Origin: Paecilomyces variotii
Taxonomy: Eukaryota
Length of the DNA stretch: 64,000 bases
Strand: one strand, 5' to 3'
Assembly: GCA_004022145.1 (NCBI GenBank)
Contig: RCNU01000002.1
Shown here: piece after piece, positions 50,014-63,168 of the stretch
How positions within the stretch are numbered: position 1 is the stretch's first letter
How the letters are laid out: each line of letters starts with the position of its first letter
Notes under the pieces: model-generated
Databases searched by the model: none
What the model saw: the letters and a program-made list of their open reading frames with translations, nothing else
Told to the model about the DNA's origin: nothing
Position numbers and translations under genes: made by a program

Positions 50014-51377
50014 CGTGCAAGAGCCTGCAAAAGGCCAACGGGATTCGAGCACGTGATGCAGCTTTAGAAGTGCTGGATATATGGTATAATCCCATGTGAT
50101 TGACGACAGGGATTGCGGTATAGAGGCAGCACTAACGGTGCTTGGAGTGAGAGATCTGATTCAGACCCCTAGGCAAAGGGAGATATGAGTGGCAGCTCTG
50201 AAATATCCGAGACAGGACGGTAAGTTTCCCAAGTATTTCCTTATCCAAAGGACGGGAGAGCTGCTAGTGTCGGCTTGTTCGTGGAGCTTTTTTGGTCACA
50301 ATAATAACGAGAAGTAAGTAAACATAATTCAGTTTGGGGAATAATGCCCCCGATTCACTGTCGGAATTTCCATTGCTTTCTACGCAAATGATCCACGTTG
50401 ACAATAGGGCGTGGCACGAGAGCCTCAGCACTATGGTAGGCAACTGCCAACAAGCGAAAAGAAAGGCCAGGTGTCTCAATTGTTATGAACGAGAAGGGAG
50501 ATCCAGCAACGTAGATCGATCGAATTGATGAGTTTTCCCCCGACCCCGCATGCCAGGTAATACGTGAATGTGTACAACTGTTGGCAGCTTCATGAATCAT
50601 CGGTGAAGATCTTAGCGGGCCCACCTGAGGGCATTCCCACCCGAACTGGAAAAAGTTGGAAGCCTAAGGCCTGTAAATCTAGCTTATGTAATTGAACTGG
50701 CACCAGTTGGGAAACTGCACAGGAGTACCTAGGTAGGTAACTACATACATGCGTGGCTATATACCTATGAACCATATATTTAATATTAAATATTTCCTTT
50801 CTTGTACGCGAGCAACCAACTAAAACTCATTTACCAACAGTGGTGGCACGTCCATCTCGCGAACCTGATCAACAATCTCCTCCAGGCTTGGAACATCTCT
50901 TTCTTTCAAGTTTTGCAACAAGCTTGGCTTGATTTCATCTCGCAGAATCCCGGCGATTAAATAAGCCCAGTCTCAAAATGGATCTATGGGTCTAGCTTTG
51001 CCGAATATGTCATCGTGAGATGTCAATATATGTAGTACCTTGGAGCTATTATTCCTGCAAAGCGGCTGCTTGTGACGATCTCGAGGGGTTTAGCTCGTAG
51101 TAGTCCGACGGCCACTACAGTGTGTAGCCTTTTTGGCTCAGTGGCTTATGGAATTCGGCTGGCGCCTAGACATATCGCGCAGCTGTCATGTAGGAGCGCC
51201 ATCTGTTTAGATGTCTTCATCGACTATCACGCAGAAGGTGTCTATGTGACAAATAAGAACATCCGTATAGAGACGACGTCTGTTGCTGTAGCGTATAGAC
51301 ACTACACATTCTACGCCAACATCTTGAAACAGTTGAATGTCGTTGCACATATTTCTAAGAGTATACACTGTAAAATG

Positions 51378-52699
51378 TCACGTTTTAGCTAGGCCCACAG
51401 CCTTTACAGGCCATCGAATCGTGTCCCTCCACGATATGTCGAGCTGATGATAAATTGTCTCAAGCAATTGATAACCCCAACTTTTCAGCCACCAGCGGTT
51501 CCCCAATGTGTGCAAAGGCACACAGTAATGTGCGAGGATGACAAGCGCCATTGGTTGTCGATCTCTCAGCAGGGAAATATACAACGGCTTTATGATAACA
51601 GGCCATCTGAAAGCAATCAGGTGTCCGAGATCGGAGTAGATCTTTTCGAAAGAGACGAGAAGTTCAGCAATTGCATGTTCACATGCTTCTTTTTCCTCAT
51701 CCGAGAGACCAGTTCTCTTTACGTCCGCATTGAGGACCTCAAGCGCAGCTATGTTGTCTCGGACCTCTTGTGGGACGGAGAGCGGATCGATGACCACATT
51801 TGGCGGGAAGAAATCGGCTATCTTCTCAATCCACTCTGAAGCAGCCTGGACGACTTCATGGATGCCCCTCAGAAGATTAAAGATCTGTAGCATTTCATCG
51901 ATAAGTGGTAGAGGCTCAGCGCCTGTCGTATGGGTAAATGCAAGCGCGAGGACCGCAGCTATGCTGGAGAAGGCGAACATTGCACGGCAATTCGACGGGG
52001 TGATATCATTCAGCTCTTTTCGAAAGAGAGCCAGCGCCATGCTCTGGTGCGTTGTTGCGAGATCAATGTAGTGTTGACGTCGCTGACTGTTCTCGTTGAG
52101 CTCCAGGATATGCAGAGCCGAAAGGGCCAGCAGACCGTGCATCAGGAACGGGTGTACCACTGCTTCCTTGGGAACCGAGATTTGCCAGACAAGTTGCGAT
52201 GATTCTCGATCCGTGATGGTTTTGTAACTGACTGTTGAGTAATGATGCATCAATTCCAAGTCATGAAGATGTAAGTCAGAAGTCAGATGCACATCGCGAC
52301 GATGCACGGAAGGGTCTAATATGACAAGCGGATCTGACGCAGGAGACTGCGAATTGGAAGACCCATGGCCCAGTCCACTGCTCTGCGCCTCCGGTAAAGA
52401 GACGGAATTGGGGGAGCCAACTGAACTCTGTGGCGTTGATGCACTCTGAGTGAGAAGCCGTCTGTTCACAGGCGACAACGTATAGACACAGTCTATATTG
52501 TGTTTTATGCAATTTCCACAGCGAGGTGTCTTTTCATCACACTGTTAAGCTAATCAGATAATGCCGTTATATCCGCAGAAACCAGGGTCTGGTTGCTGGG
52601 TGACCTAGAGCTTGAAAAGCAGTAATTTACCTTGATGCGTCGTCGTTTGCATTGTACACAGCCCAACCTGCTTTTCGAATGTGGCCGTCTAGTTGGCAT
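51378..52699 (-). CDS. Zn(II)2Cys6 transcription factor (Upc2-like group), 2 exons
   Basis: MPTRRPHSKSRLGCVQCKRRRIK|CDEKTPRCGNCIKHNIDCVY; DLELMHHY, HPFLMHGLLALSALH. Confidence 0.9.
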
Positions 52700-53088
52700 A
52701 GTTGTGGACTGGGCCTCTAATGTCACCAATCTCGCCGCTTGCCCAATTCGTTTACCCAGTCTGAGATGAGTTTTCTGCGCCGCATAGTAAGGTCAGTGTG
52801 ATAAGTGAGAGCTTTGAGCTGGCCCGGTAACAGCTTCGGTGCGTGATTGGACTATCGCATTGGCAGTGGGCATAATGCGATGGAAGGATCATAGAGGGAG
52901 CCTCATAGGATGTCTATAAGAGCATCTTATTGAGAGACAAGAAATCTAATTGATGTAACATCCTGGCGTTCGTTAACTTAGGTATCTCCATTTGGCTTAA
53001 TTTGATTAGCATGACAGGTGGCCCGAGCAGGCATGTAGAGGTCAATCTGATTGGCTGAGAACCCTCCAAGGCACGTGAGCGGGAGTTC

Positions 53089-53094
53089 ACGCGT
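53089..53094. promoter_or_regulatory. MCB element ACGCGT upstream of DNA polymerase delta
   Basis: Exact MluI box about 185 nt upstream of the pol3 ATG, as expected for an S-phase gene. Confidence 0.55.
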
Positions 53095-53274
53095 AAAGTG
53101 TCGTCACGTCGAAGGCGCGACTAGAACACGATCAGATGCTGCGCGTTCTGCACTTTCAATAGGACTGTAGGCGACAGCAACATCATCAGATGCGTTGCAG
53201 ATAAAGTCCGCATCACCAATTCATTTGATTTTCGCCTTTATCTCCGGTGACTGTTTCGTCCATGAGTTACAAAC

Positions 53275-56200
53275 ATGCCTGAAGCTATTGCAATGCCCCA
53301 GAAGCGGGTTTTGGGCGACGCAACGAAAAACGCGCGCAATGTCGTTATCAATTCTCCAAACACGGTCAAAAAGCGAAAGCTGGATACTAATCAGCCGGTA
53401 AATATCAATAACCCGACGCGAAATGGCGTCCCGAAGACGTTCGGCTCCAGTCAGCCACAGAAAAGCCAGTTCGAGGAGGAGGTATTGGAGAAGTTGACGC
53501 AGGACATCAACGGTTTGAAGCGGAACAACTCGGAGAAAGATCAACAGTGGGAGCGTCCTGCGCTTGTTAATTTTGATGCGGCCAAGGATGATCTCTGTTT
53601 TCAGCAAATCGATGCAGAGGAAGGGACATTGTTTGGGGGAAAGACCACTGTCAAACTGTTTGGTGTCACAGAGGTATCTCATTTCGCGTGTGCTTATAGC
53701 TCTGATTCATACTAATCACTCCATCTGTAGCAAGGTCATTCGGTTCTTCTCCATGTTACAGGGTTCCAACATTACCTGTATATCGCCGCCCCTGTGTCGT
53801 TTCAGAAATCGGACTGCGAAGGTTTCAAAGCATACCTGGAGACAAGAGTGGCTCAATACCAGCCCGTTATTCAATCTGTCGAGATGGTCATGAGGGAAAA
53901 CATATATGGGTGGCAGGGTAATCGGAAAAGCCCTTATCTGAAGATCACCGTGACGGAACCGAAGTTCATCAGCAGACTACGGTCCACCCTGGAGAGCAAG
54001 GACCAAAGTATCAACTATAAGGGCTTGTTCAACCCCATCGAAAACCGGATCCTTACATTTGACAACATTCAATATGTTCTAAGATTCATGATCGATACCG
54101 GAGTAAGATCCTCTACCATTCACCCAATGTGACAGCTAACGGCTGACATCCTCTCAGATCTCGGGGATGTCGTGGGTAGAGGCGAAAGCTGGCAAATATC
54201 GTCTTCTGGCTGACAGAGAGAAACAATCAAACTGCCAAATTGAAGCAGCCGTTGATTACCGTGAACTCATTGCGCATTCCCATGATGGGGAGTGGGCCAA
54301 GATGGCACCGCTGCGCATCCTTTCCTTCGATATCGAGTGTGCTGGCAGAAAGGGCATCTTCCCGGAACCAAGCCAAGATCCTGTCATCCAGATTGCCAAT
54401 GTTGTGACCCGGTACGGAGAGTCGAAACCTTTCGTTCGAAATGTCTTCGTCCTGGACACCTGCAGTTTGATTGTCAACACTCAGATTCTGGAATTTGATA
54501 AGGAGGAGAGAATGCTGATGGCTTGGCGAGAGTTCCTGGAGAAAGTCGACCCTGATGTCATCATCGGATATAACATCGCAAATTTCGATTTTCCGTATCT
54601 ATTGGACAGAGCGAAACATCTCAAGTGTGGAGGCTTTCCCTACTTTACGAGAATGAAAGGAATGCAGTCACAGGCCAGGGATACCAACTTCTCTAGCAAG
54701 CAAATGGGAAACCGAGATACGAAGTCCACAAACACCAACGGAAGAATCCAGCTTGATCTTCTCCAGCTGGTCCAACGCGATTATCACCTTCGCAGCTATA
54801 CCCTAAATTCGGTCTGTGCGGAGTTCCTAGGGGAACAGAAGGAGGATGTCCATCACACCATGATCACGGAGTTGTTCAATGGAACACCGGACTCGAGACG
54901 GCGTCTTGCTGTCTACTGTCTGAAGGATGCGTACCTGCCGCAGCGTCTGATGGACAAATTGATGTGTCTCGTCAACTATACAGAAATGGCAAGAGTTACA
55001 GGAGTCCCCTTCAATTATCTTCTATCTCGCGGTCAGCAGGTCAAGTTTATCAGCCAACTGTTCCGCAAGGCTCTGGAGCAGCAGCTGGTTATTCCGAACC
55101 TGGATAAACAAGGCGAGCAGGACTACGAAGGAGCCACAGTCATCGAGCCTATTCGAGGCTACTACCCTGTGCCCATTGCGACGCTGGATTTCGCCTCTCT
55201 GTACCCATCTATCATCCAAGCGCACAACCTCTGCTACACCACCCTTCTCGATAAGAAGATCGTCGAAAGCAGAAACTTGAAGAAAGACGAGGATTATATT
55301 GTCACTCCAAACGGTGACATGTTCTGTACTCCTAAGATCCGCAAAGGCCTGCTCACCCAGATTTTGGAAGAATTGTTGAGTGCGAGAAAACGCGCCAAAA
55401 AGGAGCTGGCGGTTGAAACCGATCCGTTCAAGAAAGCTGTGCTTAACGGAAGACAACTTGCACTTAAGGTCAGTGCTAACAGTGTCTACGGTATCACGGG
55501 TGCCACTGTCGGGAAACTCCCTTGTCTGGCCATTGCCAGTAGCACGACTAGTTATGGTCGTCAGATGATTGAAAAAACGAAAGAGGAAGTTGAAAAGAGA
55601 TATACGATAGCGAATGGCTATAGCCATGACGCAAAGGTTATATACGGTGATACCGACTCTGTCATGGTGAAGTTTGGGGTCAAGGAACTCGAAGAGGCCA
55701 TGAAACTTGGCCAGGAGGCAGCAGATTATGTGTCCTCCAAATTCATCAAGCCTATCAAGCTCGAGTTCGAAAAGGTTTATTTCCCATACTTGCTCATAAA
55801 CAAGAAGCGATACGCAGGGCTCTACTGGACCAATCCCAAGAAGTATGACAAGATGGACAGTAAAGGTATCGAAACTGTCCGACGAGACAACTGCCGACTC
55901 GTGCAGAACGTCATCGAGACTGTCCTCCACAAGATCCTAATCGACCGAGATGTTGACGGTGCACAAGAGTAAGGATCGCACAACCTGGTATTGGATTATC
56001 CATATGCTAATGAGTTACGTTACAGATATGTGAAGAACACAATTTCAGACCTTCTTCAGAACAAGGTTGATATGTCCAAGCTTGTGATTACGAAAGCCCT
56101 ATCGAAGGAAGACTACAGTGCGAAACAAGCACACGTAGAGCTTGCAGAACGCATGAGAAAGCGTGATGCTGGTTCTGCGCCGACGCTCGGTGACCGAGTC

Positions 56201-56764
56201 GCATACGTGATCATCAAAGCTGCCGGTGGCTCTAAGAACTACGAGAAGTCCGAGGACCCAATCTACGTGCTCGAAAATAACCTTCCCATTGACACGAAAT
56301 ACTACCTCGATAACCAGCTGGCTAACCCGCTCGGTCGTATTTTCGAACCTATCCTGGGTGAAAAGAAGGCTAGTCAGCTCCTGACGGGTGAACACACGCG
56401 TTCTATCTCCGTGGCAGCCCCTACTCTTGGTGGTTTGATGAAATTCGCCAAGAAGACGCAGACTTGCATGGGCTGCAAGAAGCCCCTTGTAAATAAAGAC
56501 GAGATGAACGGCGCTGTTTGTTCGGACTGCCGTCCACGTCTTGGCGAGTTGTATACCAAGACAATGAATAAAGTGTCGGATCTCGAAGTACGGTTTGGAC
56601 GCTTATGGACGCAATGCCAGCGATGTCAAGGAAGCTTGCACTGCGAGGTTATTTGCTCTTCCAGGGACTGTCCTATTTTCTACATGCGGATGAAGGCCAA
56701 GAAGGACGTTGAAGACGCGGAGAAAGAACTCGCACGATTCGACCACGATCCTGGTGCTTGGTGA
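53275..56764 (+). CDS. pol3: DNA polymerase delta catalytic subunit, 4 exons
   Basis: [35 protein letters not shown], CysA/CysB ([23 protein letters not shown]). Confidence 0.97.
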
Positions 56765-57307
56765 TTATGATGATATGCTGCATGCTACTGGCTCACTTGT
56801 TCATTATATCAGTTTCTTGGGAGGCGCTTTTAACTTGGGGTCCTGGTCATTGTACTAATTAGATTTATTCAACACCACACTGAAGTTTGATTACTCGGCT
56901 ATGTCTTGATGAAATGGCATACATACTTTGAATATGATTTGATTCCTCGTTTGAAGTATCCAGTCTCTTTGTCCGGCATAGATTCTTGACTGGAAAACCC
57001 GGCTGAGTCCTGTATTACGGTCCACATGACGGTTGTCACCGTAGTGTAAGCACAGCTGTAAGATGATCCTGGAATAGTGAATAAGAACCAATTCACCAGT
57101 CTCAAAGGTCATTGTTAAGTCTGCATTGATCGTGGTGTTTCCGACAGGCGGTCTAGTCTTGGCAACCATTATCAGTTTAACTATTTTCAGGAACCTAGCT
57201 AGCTGCATAATTATTACTGCATGATGCGGAGAGACAAAACCTCCGTCTAACCCCGCAACACGACCTCAAAACCTCACCTTTCTCTCTGGAGCTGCTAGAC
57301 AGCAAAT

Positions 57308-58425
57308 ATGGTTCCGACGAAAGATACAAGTTCCAAAAACCCAACGGTGGAGGATGAGATGGACGCTGAGAGCAACAACGCAACTTCCGGCGCGGATCGC
57401 AAACCCGTCGCATGGTCGGAGGTAAGCCCTTGTCGTCCATTGAGAAACACATAAGCATTGAAGCATGCGCCTCGCGTCAATTATGTCCCCTGGTAATGCT
57501 AATGATTGGAACTGGATAGATATTCGCCCAACACGAGTCCAGCCTGGCGTCGCATTTGTACACACTGGACATGGTGAAATTCCATGTCGCAGCGGAGTCC
57601 GAGGCTTTCCGAACGGTGTCCTTGATGCTCGAAAGAACAAGGCAGTTAATGGAAGATTTCAAAGTGATACAAAGGGATTTTGTACGTTAAAGTCTGCTGG
57701 TTGATTTGGGATTGAATTTGTCTCAGGCTTACGGATTTGTTTTCTCCCTGCAGTTACCTCATACCACGACGGAGAAGATACTCCTGGGCACCTATACGAA
57801 AGATCTACCAGGGAAACCCAGCGTCCATGGCGATCGTGCTAAATCGGAAAATGCGTCTACTGCTAGCTCACGAGGAGCATCGGAACCCTTCAAATCGCAA
57901 GATCCAAGTCGAAAATCGACCCCCTCCTTCTTCTTCGATTCGAAACCTACACCGGTATCCAAACCTGAGCAGACAAAAAAGGGGAAGAAACGTTCATGGA
58001 GAGACGATGAGGAAGTAGAATCGGAGAATGTGGAAGACACTATGGGTTTCGCGCAGAAGCGAAAAAGAACAAATGGCTTGGTTCCCGGCCATGACGAAGA
58101 TGTGAAGACTATCATGCCTGTATCGATGGAAACGGAGGACATATCAGACGAAGTGGCACGTCGATTGAAGATCAGAGAGGAACGGCGCAAAAATAGAAAC
58201 AACCCCCCCGAGAAAAGGAAGCGGGAAAGTACGAATTCGAACGCGAGTCGTCTATCTCTCGAAGACACAACGAGGCCGAAGAAAAAGGTCAAGTCGAGTG
58301 GCGTAGATGCAAAAGAGGGCGGTGTTGGGTCTAAATCGGAGAAGGACAAGAGAAGGAAACGACACTCATCGGGGCCATATTCGGAGGACAACAGAGCAAA
58401 GAAAGTGAAGAATGGGGATCGATAA
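57308..58425 (+). CDS. Basic/charged hypothetical nuclear protein, 3 exons
   Basis: Exons 57308-57421, 57520-57663, 57754-58425 join in frame (...VAWSE|IFAQHESSLASHL...EDFK|LPH...EDISDEVARRLKIREERR); second donor GTGATA is weak. Confidence 0.65.
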
Positions 58426-59566
58426 AGGCTCCAACGACATTATCCATTCTCCGATCCAAAATCGAGGTGCGGTCAGGCGTTTAGATTTCAAGGCCGATCC
58501 CATCTATCATGAAGGCCGTCGCAATGCCGTCCACGCATATGGGTACTACTTGGATTCCCATTGACCCTTTCCAACTCTTCAGCCTTGACGAGGTCTCCGA
58601 AACACATCTTGGGCTACTCGGATGCCTGCTGTCCATTGATGGGACACACTGAAGAGAGATACTTGCCTTCCGGCGACTTGATTCGGAGAATCAGGCGGGA
58701 TATCTACCCCAGATCTGGTGAAACTGGGGAAGCATACCGTACCTGCCTAGCATTGTGGAGGAAAGTCAATCGCACCGGGTACTGTATATAGCCGTGGTTT
58801 GATATACCGCCGATACCAAAAAGGTGCCGCCCACCAGGCAGCGGCAGTTCAATCGCTTATTATAGAATATTATTCACTACGAAGCAAGCTGCACTGGCTC
58901 CTGGAGCCTTGTATAATAATCCCCCCGGTCCCCGCGGCTTCTGTAGGATTTTTTTCCTTCTTCCATGAACCATCACATTGCCCCAGACCACGCATAACCA
59001 CAAAACAAAACCACAAACTGCTTCGAAACACACGCTGAAAACTTCTACAAACCCACAAGTCAGAGCTGGAGAGCTGTTTCATGCTCGCAATTGTTTAGTC
59101 CTTCTTGCGAAAAAAAATCTCAAAACTCCTCATAACCTTCAGGCAAAACAAAGCCTTTCTTAAAAATTCCGCAAAAATCCTTCTTCTGCTCTCGTCATTT
59201 CTCGTTCTTGCTTTACTCAAAGGCTCTCGACGCACCCTTTTCTACTCGGCACTCGAAGCGCGGAATCCGGAACTTGCTATTTACAGCTGGGATTTTCCGC
59301 TCAAAACCTTTTATATAGGCAGCGAAAACATAGGCGCCTATACTTAAGCTCTGGAGCACAGCTCGAGCTATCATCATCATCACTCTGCGGGACCGTCCTC
59401 TGCCCGCTATAACTCCGACCTTGGGAACAAAAGCCCAGGTCAAAAACACTTGTCTCGGCTGACGATTGAAGCTTTGAGAGACCCCCCCGCGCGCAGGGGG
59501 GCAAATATATACATATCAAAACGGCATAGTATAACCTTGGAGCAAAGCTCAGGTATACATAACAAC

Positions 59567-60762
59567 ATGCCGCGTGGATCTGGGAGAACCGAAATACCGG
59601 CGAGCCAACGGAAGCCAAAAGTAAGTACTCCACATGTTCAGATGATGTATATCTGTACAAGCTTTCCTTTGCTAACGATATCATAGAACCCCAGAACGGA
59701 GCCCAAGCGAGACACAGTCAAGAAAAGCACATATTGCTATTCTCGCCAGAACATCATTCAGAGGATGGGCCGGTCAATATTACGGGGTGGTTACCGAATT
59801 GCTAGAAAGCAATGGCTCGATAGATGCTCGCGTGTCTCGGACATGGCCATTACTCAAGAAGAGTATCCGGACACCGATGTCATCATGGAAGATGCGCCAA
59901 TGTTGGCGCATACAGTAAGTTGCATATCCTCGTACATGTACTGTGAGGTGACCACCAGCTAACAAGGAGTAATATAGGTCTCCTCACTTGCTCAGGTTGC
60001 CGACGATTACGATTGGAACATCGTCGTAGAGGAACTGTGTTATATGATGGCGGCACTAACAGTAAGTAAACATCTTTTTACTTTCAGTTACTTGTATATG
60101 CAGACTAACCATTGAAAAAACAGATTGCCAGCCATACAGAAGAAGCACCTGAGCCGCAGTACATCGAACTCGTGAGACGACCTCCACCAATTAGCCGACT
60201 CCCGACGACTCCTAGACAGGAGAAAGAGATCCGATTGTATCTCGACCAAATTGCACATTCCCGGGACGTCAAAAAGGCTAAGGAGCGTCGCTCAAGACAC
60301 AAAGTCGCCCACCTGGGCAGTCTCATGGACGGGACCGTCCAGCGTCTGAGAAACGCCGGCATCTCAGACGAAGAAATCTTCGACGACGTTGACGAACGCG
60401 CCGAAAAAGAAGATGGACGGATCGAGTACTGCGTTAACGACGTCTACCACCACAAGACAAGCGCACATGTTCAACATGTTGAAGACGTCCGATCTCAGCA
60501 ACAGAGCGAGATCATCTATTACTGCAAGCCTCGGGATCCGACTGAAAACATCACACCCAAGCGGATCGACCCGAGTGCGCAGTGTCCTTTACCAGCAATC
60601 TGGAAGGACCATCTCCTTGCAGCGCACATCCCGATGCGCATGAAGTGCAAGGAAAGTACGCCTCTTTTCAAGCAAATCATGACGAAAAAACTTCATGATA
60701 GTGCGTACACCGATTCGTGGAAAGTTATCGACTGCCGCGATCGGGTTTTCGGTGGTGTCTGA
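59567..60762 (+). CDS. Orphan hypothetical protein (334 aa, 4 exons)
   Basis: Exons 59567-59620, 59687-59914, 59978-60061, 60124-60762; three phase-0 introns, each with GTAAGT donor and CTAAC branch, all in frame. Confidence 0.7.
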
Positions 60763-60969
60763 TCAAAACACATCCAAGGGGGCCCCTGGATGGACGACAC
60801 ATACACCTATATTGGCTATATATAGCCCTTTAAAAGTCTACGGACTATAAAAGACACCTGTCAAACGGACGACCGACGCATCGGGAATCATACATGCCTC
60901 CGATATCAAGCAAACATACCTCGTTTCGTGGAGAGCATAGCGTCTAAGACGCAGCGTCATCATACACAA

Positions 60970-61320
60970 ACATCCATCTATATATATGGATCACACACGT
61001 CCAAGACACACAACCAAAAACTGCATTCCAAACTGCAGACGAAAAGGGAGAGAATACCAATATCTCCAAAGAACAAAACAATACTCTCGTCAACATCCAT
61101 CTACATATGGATCGAGAAAACAAAAATCAAATCAAATCGAACATCTTCGAATACAAAAATCCATCTACATATGGATCGAGAAAACAAAAAACAAATCAAA
61201 ATCAAATATCTTCGGATATAAACATACCATCGAAAACATCGAACTGCAACATCCATCTACATATGGATAAGCAAAACCAAAAATCAAATCAAATCAAATC
61301 AAACATCTTCGAATACAAAC
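60970..61320. repeat. Degenerate repeat array with palindromic core ATCCAT-N6-ATGGAT
   Basis: Cores at about 60972 (variant), 61095, 61159 and 61251; the last three are followed by AAAAC/ATCAA runs and ATCTTCG. Confidence 0.8.
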
Positions 61321-61527
61321 ATTCGATCGAAAACTATATACTCCATCGAACAATGCGCTCGTGTCGCAAAACCACATACGTCTATATACATCCTACAAAC
61401 TCGCAAATCGCATCAGCATTATAACATATAATGCATTCATCAAAGATTTTATACGATTATTTATATCAATATCGACGAGAGAACACTTTACGAAGATACG
61501 AATTACGATTCAAAAAGCATTAGCGAC

Positions 61528-61630
61528 ATCATCATCATCATCATCATCATCATTATCATTGACGAATTACGATTTACGATTTACGATTTACGATTTACGA
61601 TACACGATATATGATCTACGATATACGATA
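61528..61630. repeat. Microsatellites (CAT)n and (TTACGA/TACGA)n
   Basis: Read directly from the sequence. Confidence 0.85.
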
Positions 61631-61763
61631 TATACTTCATCTTGACGAACCAAGAAAACAAGCGACGGAATTTTTGGGACATTGGAGTTGAAAGACCAAA
61701 AGGTCTCTTTTGAATATTTGTTTCATGTATTTTCTCATTCATGTATAGGGGAGTACTCGAAGA

Positions 61764-61877
61764 GAAGACGACGCATACATCCTGTACACACATACAAAGT
61801 CATGTATCGGGGAAGAAGAAGAAGACGACGCAAACATCCTGTACACACATACAAAGTCATGTATCGGGGAAGAAGAA
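61764..61877. repeat. 57-bp tandem duplication
   Basis: GAAGACGACGCA.ACATCCTGTACACACATACAAAGTCATGTATCGGGGAAGAAGAA at 61764 and 61821. Confidence 0.9.
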
Positions 61878-62544
61878 GATGAAGATGAAGAACGCATGTA
61901 CTCGATCACACAAAAGAGGGGACGATACCAATAGGCTCTCTAGGGTTTTTGGAGGTGTTTTCCCCTAGGGCCTACCCTTCCAGGGTGGGATAGAATTATG
62001 GCCTATATGGTGAAGAGGACAAATCATGTTTCCATCTACAAGTCATGTATATAGAGATCCACATACGGGGAATAGCAAATGCACCACCTCCTTCCCCTCA
62101 AGTTGAATGATCCATTAATGTTCTGATTAAGTAGAGAATTTCATAACTATCGTACATACAATGCCGCCTAGAATACATAAGCTGATTTTTGATAAATTGC
62201 TAGCTGCCTGGTTATATAGGGCGAGCTGCAAAAATATCCGACCTGTCATTCTTTTGTTTGATAATAATATTATACATGTAGTACAGAGAAACATGTCATC
62301 ATGCCCGATTCATCTGCCAAGCTACCTTTCACCGGTGTTTTTATAACCAACTGATGGTGGAGATCGGTTCCGGGTGCGCTGCGAGCGAAAGACCCTGCCA
62401 TTCAGCATGGGACTATATCCCATGCCGTGAGTGACGAGTCCTAGCAGAAACGACCCGATCGGCATTACCTCTGATGGAAATAGCTATAGTCATCGTGCCC
62501 CCAATCGATCCATTAATTTCTTCCTCCCAGCCAACACAGCCAGC

Positions 62545-63168
62545 TCATTTCTTCTCACCCGTCGAGCCAGAAGCGTCCTGATCCGATGATTTCTTTCCCC
62601 AATTCCACACATCCCAAATATGCTCCATGATCAAATCTCCATAACCCTTCCCTTCCTCCAACGCTTTCCGCTCCTCCTCCAGCCGTCTCTCCTTCCAACC
62701 AGGCGACTCGTCTCCCATCCAGATGCGCTCCGCGGCACTCTTCTCCTGCTGCTGTTGGCGCTTCAACCGTTCGAGCTCTTCACCAACCAATCCGCCTGAT
62801 CGTAGCTGCGCCTCTCGCGCAGCGCGCAGTTTCGCTTGGATCTCATGCGCGCGCTCCGAAGGCAGCGGGTCCGTGATCGCTGTGGTGGGAGGCTTGACGC
62901 GGGAGAGACGCTCTTCGAGACGCTCTGTGATGCTTCTTCCGGTACGTTCGCGAGTCAGATGGTTTGCGGAGACGAGGAAGGCGCCTGTTAGTAGGACGGT
63001 GAGGTGGTCGAGTTTGCGAGGCGGGATGGCGATGAGGACGGGTGAAGCGACTAGGAAGGTCATGGCTGCGTAGTTCTTGAAGCGGATATAATCTGCTTCG
63101 CGAATGGCATTTTGACTCGGTGGATTATCCCCCGATGGAGGAGGAGTTGTAGTAGTAGCCGTGGACAT
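62545..63168 (-). CDS. Conserved hypothetical membrane protein (207 aa)
   Basis: Two hydrophobic segments around IPPRKLD; C-terminal IWMGDE..GWKERRLEEE...GKGYGDLIMEHIWDVWNWG. Confidence 0.75.
   Translation of the reverse strand: MSTATTTTPPPSGDNPPSQNAIREADYIRFKNYAAMTFLVASPVLIAIPPRKLDHLTVLLTGAFLVSANHLTRERTGRSITERLEERLSRVKPPTTAITDPLPSERAHEIQAKLRAAREAQLRSGGLVGEELERLKRQQQQEKSAAERIWMGDESPGWKERRLEEERKALEEGKGYGDLIMEHIWDVWNWGKKSSDQDASGSTGEKK

Noticed and set aside
51378-52699. Zn2Cys6 factor as the cluster regulator
   Set aside because: 14 kb away among housekeeping genes, with no evidence of linkage.
60970-61320. CRISPR-like array
   Set aside because: Eukaryotic DNA, spacers resemble one another, spacing is irregular and there are no cas genes.
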